Shown in pieces: positions 25,690 to 38,228 of a stretch of DNA of 64,000 nucleotides; the first letter of the stretch is position 1, and each line of letters starts with the position of its first letter. Source of the stretch: Psilocybe cubensis (Eukaryota). The translations under genes and the position numbers were made by a program. The stretch covers positions 3,224,001-3,288,000 of the forward strand of contig CM038999.1 in the NCBI GenBank assembly GCA_017499595.2, written 5' to 3'. The notes under the pieces were generated by a model, which saw only the letters and a list, made by a program, of their open reading frames with translations, ran no database searches and had not been told where the DNA came from.

Positions 25690-26726
25690 TCATGCAGGGA
25701 GCTCGAATTTCTGACCTTGTAATACTCTTTTTAGTTAAAAAAAGAGAACATTGATCAGTCAACGTCAACTGCAACCGAACCAAATCACGTACTTTGTGAA
25801 ATAGACATAGAAGAAGTCAATGTATAGGCCGGTTTGGACGATTCCAGCCGTCACTGCAATTGGGTCTACAAGTCCTTCAGTGAAATATCTAGCGAGATGA
25901 AAACAAGTTAGTAAGGGGACATGTATTTGAGAACTAGTGCACCAAAGGCGATGATGTCATTGAGTTATTTCATCCAGTGACTCTGCTCTTCGGTGTAATA
26001 GCAATAAATTGGGTGGGACACACCTATAAATCCAATTAGGGATGTATAAAGCCCTGTATGCACCTAGCGCCGCTAGGTAATGAGTCGTGATAGTCTCCGC
26101 CTCTCCGGTGCGCTGAAGCATGAACAACTGAGGAAGAATGGCGACAGCTTCCAGCCAAATAGAGAAAGACCAAAGAAGTTCGGAGACCCAAAAGTGGTAG
26201 TGGAAAAGGAGGGCGAAAAGGACACTGGGGCCAATGAGATATTCGATCTTGAACGTATCAATAGAGGGGTCGTGCGTTGGTCTGGAAATGGCAACTGTTG
26301 AGTATTCGGTACAATCCTGCATAGATAGGTGGCCCATGCAGATGGAAGGATGGAAGTGGCAACAAACCTGTACTTGAACTTCATGAGGTAAAGGATGTAG
26401 CAACTGCTTGTGATGAAGAACAACTTCATGACCGAGTTGTACAACGACACATATCGGAAGAACAGGTCCAAATAGCGCGTAACAAACACGATGACATAGA
26501 GCATCTGCGTCTTAAAGGAAATTCCTATATGGCCCTCGTCAACGTCCACTTCCGCAAAGACGTATGAATCGGCCCACCTCTACATGATCGAGAAGTCTGT
26601 ATCTTGTGTAGCAAAATAAGAATGGAGGCCAAATGTGATAAATCACCTAGAAAGAAACGAAAATTCACTACTTGTCTTCTACGGTGACTGGAGAATACAC
26701 GTACCAAGCAACCGGAACAAATTCAT
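25690..26726 (-). CDS. ERD2: ER lumen protein retaining (HDEL/KDEL) receptor
   Basis: MNLFRLLGDLSHLASI, SCRGISFKTQ, RYLDLF, FSIWLEAVAILPQL, LGAYRALYIPNWIYR, C-terminal GQKFELPA. Confidence 0.96.
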
Positions 26727-28854
26727 GTTTTGTAGTCGTGCAACAGACGAAAGAGCTGGCTCGCGGAATACAAGAGGGATGAACAAGTTCCTAGAGAGCC
26801 ACGTAGAGCACTATATATGACAAGGCGGGCAGGGAACTGCACGAACACTGCGAGGACTCTGTCTTGGTGAACGTTGGTAGGAGTGGTGATCGGTGACGCT
26901 GGCTGTGAATGCGACGTGTTCGTGCAGTTCATGACTAAACATTTCACACGCTCGTTTTAGACTCCTTCGTCCTAGTCCCATTTTTAGCACCACAGCTGCT
27001 CGCACATTGACACCGAGTCCAACCATATCCAACCGCATCGAAACATCCTTGCCAGGTCGTTCTCTAGGATGAAGCAGATCGTATAAACCATGCAGTTTCA
27101 CCAATCCACTATTTTTCAGGGGACTTTTTTCTTTCAATTTTCATATCCGGCCTACCTTCTCATTGGAATTCAGACATGTAAGATCGCAAATGTCCAATGT
27201 TTCTTAGTTTAATCTAAGCCAGTCGGAGATCACAAATTCTTCACTTGTACGGATGTCCGTGCCCAAAGTAAGTCTAACTACGGAATGAACAACATCTAAT
27301 ATGGTCCCGTCTTACAACTTGGTTGCGAATGATGCGAAAATGTAGCAGTGACCACGTCAAAGAATGAGTCTTCTGCTCTGATTACTGGGCCATTGCCATA
27401 GGCTCTGGAAGCTCCCCTAAATGCATGGTCTAAATTTTGTCGGATTTGAGACCCCAAAGTCGTGATTTTATTGTCCATTCCTCGCGGATTTCAGGGCACC
27501 GCAGGCCAATTGGGGGCAGAACATTGTCTCATTTGACGGATTTAAGGTCTACATTTTGGGCCAAATTTATTTTTCAAAACCAATACAGGTGCCCTGTAGC
27601 GGCTACGTGTAGCCCGAAAAATTGCCGAATTGGGAAGTACTTTGAGGTGCATTGTCGATTTCGCCGATTTCAAACCCGAATTTTTAGTGGATTTGAGGGT
27701 AAAAACCGGGGTCACAGGCGGACATGTTTAGAAGGGTGCTTCCTGGGGCATCTGCTAATCTAGATCTGCGAAAATGAGGTATATGTTTCTTGGAATGACG
27801 AATATGATGGTCATGGACACTTTGATTCTCTCCAAATTGCCTATAGACAGAATGACATGCCAATAGCATCCAATGGCTCGCTTTCGTTCTCTCTTCGGAG
27901 CACCATAAATTTTATTCACAAAATTTACTGAAGTGAATATTTATTTTAGATCTTTTGAGGCTTGTGTAGATTGCTAGGTCAGAATTCAACATCAGCTACC
28001 TGTCCGGAGGGTCGCAAGACACAAATTCGCTCATAGTTGCATTATTCATGACTGGAGAAAGCATAAGTGACTTGGTTTTGATTAATATTGAGGCTCAAGT
28101 TTTTCAGAATTTTTTTCGACTCAATTCTCGAAACTCCGGGTCATGATTTTTCCCAGTTTGCTCAATGAACCCTCGTTACGAGGGATCAAGGATTCGCCAA
28201 GGACATTTCCAGCATGTCTTTGGCCATTTTTCATTTTTGAATTAAAACACTCCTATGACCATATATGACCCTCGATAATCACACACACACAACAGTGCAC
28301 AAGAACCGGTTACGCAAGCGAGGTCCAAAGAAATCAAAATCACGGGCGCTAATCAAACGAGGGTATTGCTAAAAATAGACACGGCTTCACCTTGATGGAG
28401 ATCGAAGACCCAGGCATTGCGATCACGTTCCGCCCTGAGTCAGCAGAAGGTCACTCGATTACTTTGAGGATGCACCCTAATCCTAACCCCAACATTCTCT
28501 AGACTGGTTGGCCTTCGTCGCAGTATGGACCAAGCTCATAGTTCCACTGTTCATAGTGGACACTCTGATGAATCCACTGCGAGGCGCACGCGCTGACCTA
28601 AGTCATCGTTCAAAGCTAAAAGGACTGTGATAGGACACATTGAACTGGTGAGTGGTATTCTTTAAGCATAATATATGACACGAGAAAAAATTTGTTGAAT
28701 GAGAACTTGCTCCCCTAATTTTTTTCTCGTTGAATGTTCATTGCTTCAAAATTATGCCTCGATCATCTATGAGCTTACTCATTCTCTTCAAAAATTTTCT
28801 GTAGGCAGACTCATTCTTTTGCCAAGAGGCAATGCACTCCCCAGAACGAAAAGG

Positions 28855-28860
28855 TATAAA
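28855..28860 (+). promoter_or_regulatory. Putative TATA box of the LPMO gene
   Basis: TATAAAAG about 145 nt upstream of ATG 29002. Confidence 0.4.
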
Positions 28861-29001
28861 AGAGGACGATTTGGATATCCTGTCGCAACCCAACCACCAA
28901 GTACCCAAGTCTCCTTCGGGTTGATTCCCTTTATTTAACCCCCTTCAACACTTAGACTTGACTTGTTACCTATTTCATCTGAGCCTTTCATCGACTGCGT
29001 C

Positions 29002-29877
29002 ATGAAGTTCTCCGCCATCCTCGCATCTGCCCTCCTTGCCACCCAGAGCGTGTCTGCTCACTGTGCGTTCTTCATGTTTTTCTCTATCGCAGGAGTTGAC
29101 TTTGTTTTATAGACATCTTCAAGACTGTGATCGCTGGCGACAAGTCTTCAACAGCAGCTGTACGCCAGCCTCAGAGTGTCGAGCCATTCCATGGTATCAC
29201 GTCTCCCGATACGACCTGTAATCACAACCCCTCCGCTGCCCAAGAGACCGTCGAGGTTCCCGCTGGTGGCAAGCTCGGATTCCAACTGAGCAACAACATG
29301 TACCACCAGGGGCCTGTCTCCATATATCTCGGCAAGGCTCCTGGAAGCGCTGCGGATTGGGATGGCAGTGGCCAAAATTGGTTCAAGGTGCGTTGGTCTT
29401 TTAATCATAACTCGATAAGTCTAACAATATCGACGATAGATCGCCGAGTGGGGTGCCAGCAACCTCAACCCCCTACAGTTCTCGTCTGTCGGCATGTCAG
29501 AATTTCTGACATCTATCCCTGAAAACACTCCTCCTGGAGAGGTAAGCTTTGCTTTCTTCGACAACCGAACTTATTTAACCTTAATCTTTTCTCGTTAGTA
29601 CCTCGCTCGTATTGAGCAAATCGCTCTTCACCTAGGCACAGGTGTTCCGGAGATATTCGTTTCATGCGCTCAGATCAAGGTCACCGGAGGAGGCTCTGGC
29701 ACGCCGCCAACTGTCTCCATCCCAGGATACATCCAAGACAACGGTATGCTTTCCCTTTCCATCCTATCCAAAGCATCATATTGACTTTTTTCGTCAGACC
29801 CTGGTGTCACTGTCGACATATACAACAACAAGGGCAAGCCCTACACCGTCCCCGGACCTGCGGTTTGGCGCGGATAA
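29002..29877 (+). CDS. AA9 (former GH61) lytic polysaccharide monooxygenase, catalytic domain only
   Basis: 19-aa signal peptide followed by His1 (29059); YHQGP second His; DGSG..WFKI; GEYLARIEQIALH; CAQIKV; PGPAVW. Confidence 0.95.
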
Positions 29878-30728
29878 ATAGTCTGGTACTATTCACTCTT
29901 TGGTTCTCGGTTTTGTATCATATTGTACCCGACTATCATTTGTATCTTTCGCTCTCTCGACATCACTTTGCTTTCTTAGATCATCATTTGTATTCTTTCT
30001 CTTTGCTTAAGTTAGAGTAATCCTTCTTTAGTTAGTTTTTGTCTGGTACCTAGACTGGCTACTGTATGGATAAATGCAATATCCAGATCCATTAAATTTT
30101 GACATGCGTGGCGAAAATGGATTCCGTTTCCTATCAAACTATCTGCGTCGAGATTGATTGGGGAGCTTGCTCCCCTTTGTACTGGTGGGGACCCAAAATG
30201 CTTAAGCACACGTGATCCACCAGTGTTTTGATCGTCACCCCGTGAGAAAATGGCACCCTGTGTGAACTTACCAGCGAGACCTGCCGACGTTTGTGATGCG
30301 GCAAGATTCTACCTAGAGCATGCCAGGTACTGGCATAGCAAATTAATCGTTCTGATGATCAGCTGCAGTAAACAACATCGATATTTGTAAATATTATGTG
30401 GGTGTTTCAAAGCAAGATACTAACTTATGCCAGCTAACATACTCCGATGGCCATTTGTAAACCTAGCCGGTACAATGGAGGTTGCGAAAATGTTACTATA
30501 CACACGGCAAAACCGAGAAGATTTCAGCAAATAGGGTCAAAATGACACCCTTTTTTCTTAATCCATAAAATCGAGTCCAGAAAAAGGTTTCTTAAAATAC
30601 GAAGTCACTCAAGGTTAATAGAGCAATCCGTTGTATTATAGTTAGATACATGAGAGATATCATTACATTAGATAAATCATCGCCCAGGTTCTATCCTTGT
30701 CGCGTTCGCGTATAAAAATCGTTATAAT

Positions 30729-32465
30729 TTAGGAGTTGTTGGCAAGGGAGTTGACGGTGCCAGAAGCTGCAGTAAAGCATAATATCAGTACAGCTGTAGC
30801 AAAAAAACGAACTTGGAAATACTGACGGATGGAGGTCAAAACACCCTTAACAGCCAAGCTCTGGAGCTTAGTAGCCATGGCAGCGGGGGAAACGTTGCCA
30901 TCCTTGGCAATCAAGTAGGCGACGAGACCTGCAACATGGGGAGTGGCCATGGAGGTTCCAGAGATGTTGTTTGTGGCGGTGGTGGAGCCAATCCAGGTGG
31001 AGGTAATGCCAGTTCCGGGGGCGAAGATGTCGACGACGGCACCGTAGTTGGAGAAGGAGCTCCTGACGTCACCGATTGTGCTGGCACCGACGGTGATGGC
31101 AGAGGGAGCACGAGCAGGGGAGGTGTTGGCAGCGTTGGTGTTGGAGTTTCCGGCAGCGACGACGACATGGACACCGGCGGCAGTGAGCTAAATTAAACCA
31201 TGAATTGTCGGCTAATGAAGGTATACGGCTAAGTACTTACACTGGTGACGGCGTTATCGAGAGCAGTGGAGGCACTTCCACCGAGAGACATGGAGACAAC
31301 AGAGGGACGACCAGAAGCCCTAGCCTGAGTCAAGACCCAGTTCAATCCAGAGACACTAAAAATGAATTAATAAAAGAATTTTCAAAAGAGGAAAGAAACA
31401 AATATGCTCACATTCCTGAGGTAGCACCAGATCCAGAGTCGCTCAAGACCTTAACAGCAATGAGGTTGGCAGCCTGCAGGAAATGAAGTTAGGCATGCAT
31501 TATGTGGTTTTACAAGGCTCGTCATAATTACCTTAGCAACACCATAGCGAGTACCACCGGCAGTTCCACTGGATATACGCGTTCAAAGTAAGAAAACTGT
31601 CGAATACCACCTTTTAATTTGACTTACGCGCAGTGAGTTCCGTGGCCATTTCCATCGGAGTTGCCAAGGTTGTTGAAGCTAGCTCCCCAGCGAGCACGAC
31701 CACCGAAGTCGGACTAAAGAGGATTTAGTATCGAAAAAAGGAAGAAAGCAGAGGTACCAACGTGGGCGGTGTAGATACCAGTGTCTATTAACAATTCAAG
31801 TCAGCACATGAAAAAAATATCTCAACCAATTTACTGTACTAACCAACAACGTAGATGTCAACGCCAGCTCCGGCAGTGGAATCATACTTGTAAGTGTAGG
31901 TCAAAGCGCTAGTTTAAAGACGACAAAAGTCAGCGATTCTACTTTCGGACGCGAGAATAAAGTTTACAGACGTGGTAGAGGTGCTGCTGAGCTTGGCATC
32001 CTGGCTGATACGCTGGAGGCCCCAAGGAGCGTTGGTTCTACGTTTTCAATTAAGTAAGAGAAGCTTCATTAAAAAAAAATATCACGTACTGGGTAACGGT
32101 AGCCATGGTGTGCATGATACCATCCTCAGCAATGTACTCAACATCCTCGTCGAGGCGGAGCTCGTCGAGAACGGCATCGTCGAAGTTGCCTATGAAGAGA
32201 TGTACTTTAGTGAATATTTTCTGTACAAAAAGTGCTGGAAGAACATACCAGCGAAGCCGTTGAGGAGGTCCCACTCAGCAACCTTGTTCTTGAGGCCGTG
32301 CTTCTGGATGAAGTTCTTCCTCGAAGCGCCTGACTTGAACTTGACAATGTATTTGCCAGAAGTCTCTCCGCTGAACCTCTGCACTGCGCGCAAAGGGCGA
32401 GGTGCAGCGAGGGTGGTGGGGAGCACCAGTGAGACAGCGAGAAGGATGGCAGTGAAGAATTGCAT
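30729..32465 (-). CDS. Secreted subtilisin-like (S8, proteinase K type) protease with I9 propeptide
   Basis: Signal peptide, KYIVKFK propeptide, [34 protein letters not shown]. Confidence 0.96.
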
Positions 32466-33944
32466 GTTGAATCAGACGACGGAGGAAGGTAGACCAGATG
32501 AGCTCTTCGAAGTGAAAGGGCACAGGGAATTAGACAAAATTATGCCTGCTCTTATACAGTTACGCAGATGAGTACCTATATCGCCATAATGTTAGCCAAG
32601 ATAGTGGGGCGTATGGAGAAGACGGAGATAACCAAAAAAAAGAGCGGTCGTCTTGCATAGGTGGTGGGTTCGAAAAGGCTTAAGAGCTCTTAGGACACCA
32701 AAATTGGTAATTGGCTCAACAACGACGTCTGTGAAGCGACGGGTAAACACGAGTTTTCAGCATCATTTACTTGACCGATATGGTACTGCCACATACCGCT
32801 GACGAGATAATAATACCCTGGCCACCCTTTCGATACAATAGCATCGTGTCAACCCTTTCACGGAAAGTCGTTGCAGTAAATGAATCTTGTTGTCGCAATG
32901 CACACATGTGGTAAATTTAACAGTTTCGGTACACCGCCAACGGGTGATGACAGCAAAACGATTCAAACGCGCCTGAACTCGTAGTTAGCGAGGCAAATTA
33001 GCAAGCGCGCAGGCAGAAAGACCGACCACAGTAAAGGTGCCGACAAGGCTGCCGAATCAGTCAATGCCGACGCGCCAAGGACTGTCGAGAACAGTGTGAT
33101 CGCGTGCACTGATGCTGATAACGACTACCCCGTACTCAATGACTTGCTAGCATTATGGGAGGTCGAAAGAAGTCAAAAGAGAATAAGATCAAGGCTTGAG
33201 AGACGATTAGATGTAGATTGTTCGGCATTCCACATGAAAACCATTCCTCGCTATCTTTGAGCTCATGGTCCTCCGGCTGACCATTACATCATTGCATAAA
33301 AAGCATGTGTTGGTTAAGGTCGCAATCCGAACAAATGCGAGTCATTCGGGAAATAAACAATGTAATCACCTTAACTAGATCACTGAGAGACACACGAACA
33401 TATTGTATGCAGGCTTCTGAAAACCCTGGGGTCTTTTCCAAGTAATTTAGGAGCTAGGACGACAGTGGTAGCACTGAATTGCGCCATTATCAGTCAGAGT
33501 AGGTAGCCATGCGGTACAAGTGGTCCACAGACAGAGATTCACGTACTCGTGTAGCCGCTCAGATGAAGCGCTCCTATCTATGCTTAGCCCTCGAGGATGT
33601 CAAGGAGGTCTTCCACAACGATACAACGCTTAGTCGATCATGTGAGATATGACCCCGTTGGACACACGTGTTTATCCCGTTCTCAACGCCGCTCCGTACT
33701 CATCCAGTTAAGTTTGAACGAATCTGATCCACATAGAGTTCGTCATGTTAGTGTCACGGCTTGCCTTGGTGTCGTCGAGAGCATGCGTAACCTTGAGTGA
33801 CCAAGACTCTCAACTGCAGATATACTTCGCCAAGTTGTAAAGCAAACACCGCTATCCGAGAAAGTATTCAATAGAGTCAGTATATTGAAAGTGAGTGTAT
33901 CGAGAGTTAACACGCGGTAGCTTAGAAGGAAAAAGCATGCTCAA

Positions 33945-34702
33945 TTATGCCTGTCCTGGACGTGACAAGGGTAAAGCGCTGGTCTCTACGTCTTCCCGAC
34001 CATCTAGCCAGCTTGTGCACATTGGGCATCGCTTAGCCTATCATAGCTCAGGAATAAGGCAGGTATTCACACTGTCCTAGATAATAACACACCTTGGAAC
34101 TGATCTCCTTCCTACAATAAGTGCACTTGACTGTGTGTCGAATGATGGAATCACGGCTGAAATATCCATAAACATTCGCAATTGTGTACAGCACAAGACC
34201 AATGCCAATGAAGTTGACGAATTGGTCGATGAAAACCCTGCGTAATGTTTAAGCATATCTGGTATGTATATCATTTGGGATGATAGATTACTCACCCGTA
34301 AGTGAGAACGACAGCTCCATCGTCCACAGCTTGTTGTCGTGTGTTATATCCATGAGGCTTCAAATAGTGAGGTCCCTTCCTCAGAACCAGGAATTTCTCT
34401 TCGAGATTACGGGACATGAAAGGGAGCAGCGATATAGGAGGCAGGATAACATCAGTAACGAGTGAGTTGACGACGCCTGTAAACGCAGTGGCAATTCTGT
34501 AAACTTTCGTCAATCCCTGTTTCTAATCTTATACACAAAGTGCTCACATTAGACCAACCGCGACTTCGAGCACATTGTCCCTGAGAGCAAACTCCACAAA
34601 GCCTGCCCATACACTCCTAATTTTGCGTTTCATAGATTCCCCTTCTTCGCGGAGCAAGGTTGTCCGAGAATCCTCTGAGTTCCATTGATTTTCGGGCTGC
34701 AT
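33945..34702 (-). CDS. MscL-like large-conductance mechanosensitive channel with C-terminal CxxC...CxxC
   Basis: [69 protein letters not shown] after splicing. Confidence 0.88.
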
Positions 34703-35478
34703 GCTCACTAGAGCTCAGTATGGAAGATTATGGTACGAGTCGTTGAAAGCGAAGTTCGAATGCGGGTGCCATTGTAAGTAGTTCAACATCGTCACCATCA
34801 TCATCGTACTCCGTCTTGACTCCGTGATTGGAAGGATCCATGCCCCGAAATGGATGGTTCCCACGCATTCATATTTCCCCGCTTACCTATATTTTTACCG
34901 CACGCGCTTGCTTTTCGTGCTGCTTAGTTGTCGGTCATGATTCAAGTCGTGGTTCACGTTGAAGCATTTCATTGTATCTTTAGAGGGGCGGTTTGATTTT
35001 TTTGTAATGGAAATCAAGGTTGAAATTTGCCACAAGATTTCATTTTTTTTTTTTTTTAAATCCATTTATTGTCCTTTGAGGCTATGCCTTATGTAGGACG
35101 TCTACTACTACTCCTCCTGTACTATTTTGCTTCTAAACTATTCTTTTCAAACTCTACTGATACAGTGGGCCTCCTTTGGTAGCGCCTCGCACTCTGGTGC
35201 GTAATATCTGGATGTTAATAGGTTTGTGAGTACCGTAGTGGATTATATGCCTTGTATGGTATAATGGTTGGGGAGTGGTGTTGAAGTTTAAATTTCCAAT
35301 ATGATGCATCGTTGAAGGTGTAATATTTGACAGATGTGAAGGAAGCGCTCGAATATGTACATGTCGGGAACAAAATGAAGTGGTCTTTTCGGGCTGTGGC
35401 CTGCCCTAAGATTTCAATTAATACTACATAATTCAGTTTGGCACGCTCCAAATCAAAAAAGAATCTCTTCTCGCAACA

Positions 35479-37215
35479 TCAGCGGTGCCTAATATTCCTT
35501 TTCAGGCTGAGATCTTGAATTTCCTTCAACATCTTAGCGTCCATGCTTGAGGATGATAACATCACTGTCTCGCCGTTTGGAATGGTAATAGGGACTTGCA
35601 GAGCGCCATCCTCAGACTTGTTTATAGGAGCCGTAGAGGTGATGTCAAGTTTAGTGCCATTATCAATGATTGAACACTCGGCTCCAGGGCGACAGAAGGG
35701 CTTGTGATTTTTCCAATCTTCCCTTTGACACTCCTTGCTGCAGTAATAAGGTTTTTTGTCTTCGTCACAGGGACCTGAGCCTGCAGATAGATGAAGGAAA
35801 TTGTTCAGCAAACATAAAAACCCCAAACTTACAACGAGATAGCTTAGAGCCAGTGTCTGCCTCAATATCACAATTTGGAGCGGCGCAACGATAACGAGTC
35901 GTATGTTTCAATCTTTTCTTTACCATTTTTTCCCTGGCCTGTTGCACTTCTTTCTCTCGTGCTTCAAATGCCCGAACGGCATCCTTGTACCAGTAGTAAA
36001 GTTCTGGATATCTATCGGCCATCATGTGAAAAGTTTTGGACATGAACCAAAGTATAGCGGGGGACGCAGGTGATTGTGCTGGGGACAGAGTGGTGCACAA
36101 TCTTGCTGCGATATTGCAATGATGAGACGCGGCAAATAAGTAACGAGAACGAATAGACCCGTCCACATTCTCCATATACCACTGGATGAGGATAGCATGC
36201 GCCATTTGTTGGACCATGGGAGATGCATTAGGGGAATATGCGGCTTTGATAAGATATTCGCGACTGCGTTTGCGATTAGCTTTGCATCCCAAACCAACTG
36301 TGAGCCTGTATATAGAGTAAATAATATTAATCATAAAAAGAAATCATGACTAGCCAAGATTCCACACCTAATGCCATAGTCCAAGGCTGCATCCGCATCA
36401 CCACGATCAGCGGCAGCGTTAATGACGCTCTCTGGTTTCTCCTCGAGGCGCGCTTTGATAATTTCCATCTCACTGTACACAACGTCGCCGAACTTTGAGG
36501 AATCATATTCTCCACCTTCCGAAGGCAGGCCCTTCTGCCAGACTTGGATGTATTGTAGAATGTGATTCATGTGTCTGATTTCGTCGGTCAATTCGGCGTC
36601 CAGTGCAGCTGCTGCACTGGATACGGGCCTTAAAGCAGGAGGAACTTGATAGTTGCTGAAGCCGATGCATTCCGGGGTTCGAATGGCAGCGGCTACAATT
36701 CCCTGCAACCCGCGTGCGACCTTAAGACGTTGAAAATCTCGGTCAAACGCTTCCTGAGCGAGTCGGATGTGCGTATCACCGCAAAAGACGATGTTGCATA
36801 GCGCTTCAGGGAGAACACCCAAACGCTTCAATTCGTTGCCAACGGCAGTAGCCAGAGACCTGTCATTTGTCGAGAGCTTCCACGGAGCGTATGGCTCAGA
36901 GGTGTTGGGATGCATGTCGTTCTTGCTTATATTGTTGACGAAAGCATGGAGAATGCCTTTGGCGAGAACCGGCGCAGAATCCTTTGCAGTCTCAGGAAAA
37001 AAATCAAGACCATCTTGATTGGTAGCTAGCCCGATAGGCAACCTCTCCATATGCGTGAGCTGCGAGTGAGGTTGGAGAAAGTAGACAACGTGGGATGGAT
37101 TGGGTTCAATTTGAATGTATCGAACGTCGAAATGCCACTCATTGGAGGTTCGTTTAGACGGTATTTTTGCCCTGCGAGGCAGAGCATTGAAGGATTCAAC
37201 AAGTTCTTTGGACAT
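35479..37215 (-). CDS. Unknown N-terminal domain + SEL1-like repeat + MYND zinc finger, paralogue A
   Basis: AAADRGDADAALDYG-IRLTVGLG (SEL1-like); CAAPNC...CSGPC...YCSKECQREDWKNHKPFC (MYND); two coding introns. Confidence 0.85.
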
Positions 37216-38228
37216 CTACAACAAGCAAGGGGTAAGATGAGATGATAGAGAAGATGATAAATTTAGTGAAGGATGTATTTTATATAGAATTAGGGGCACC
37301 GTACGTCGGAATTTACCGACGGCCACAAATTCGAACTTTTTATCGCTATTCTCAAGAGGATTCACAAGAAACGGATTGGGACGTAATGGCTAGCTTAAAT
37401 CTCGATTTAAATCTTCCATATACCAGAGTATTTCAACTTTAGCAAACGCGACTTCGCCGCTCTTTGCCATGCCACATAATTAGCGACCTCCACAAAGCTT
37501 TAAAAACTCCGAACTTACGCGCCCATTACACCCACTATTTCAAATTTCAAATAGCCTTCGAACATGGCCAGCCTTATCTAAGTTCCTTCAAGCCACATCT
37601 CAATGAAGATTTCGTCCCTAAGGCCTTAAGGTGGCACTGAGAAACTTATCATTTTTATGGTCTACATCCTCGCGTTTGCGGAGAGGTTCGTCCTCATGTG
37701 GAGTCTGAAAGTTCACCGTGGGTTAGAGTTTGGCCCGAGTTTGGAAAAAGAAGGGTGACAGTAACGAGAGCAGGCGATATAGTCCAGTGCAAAGTAACAA
37801 TAGTACAAAAACGTGGGATTGGATTGGAAGACGCTATTGGTGGCCTGGACAGCTTCGTGTCTTTATACACCAAAGGCTCCAAGTCCGTGGCCGATAACAG
37901 CAGAAGAACAACTTGAAAAGGAACATCTGCTTGAACATGGGCTGCAGCCTCGTATGGAAGAAAAACGGTATCTGTGGAAGTCATAAATTTCAGAGCTCAA
38001 ATCAAGATAGACTATTAGATACATAATCGGAGTCGCCAGTTATACACACAACTTTACTATGTTCAATACATAAAACAGGACCTAAAAGGACATTTCCAAA
38101 CTCTCTCCGAAGAGTTTCCATTAAGTCCAAAATTGGTGTAAACAGGCTTGTAAAAAGAAGTTGCGAATGGGGATTGATTACACATTTCTGGAGTAATAAA
38201 ATCGAATTGGGGTACATTTTGCCTTTGC

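Noticed and set aside
32660-32690. GGTTCGAA as a tRNA T-loop
   Set aside because: No flanking stems or cloverleaf; same for the GTTCGAAT hits near 34755 and 61444
37600-38220. Short ORFs between MYND paralogues A and B as a fourth gene
   Set aside because: No similarity to the paralogues or any motif I recognise
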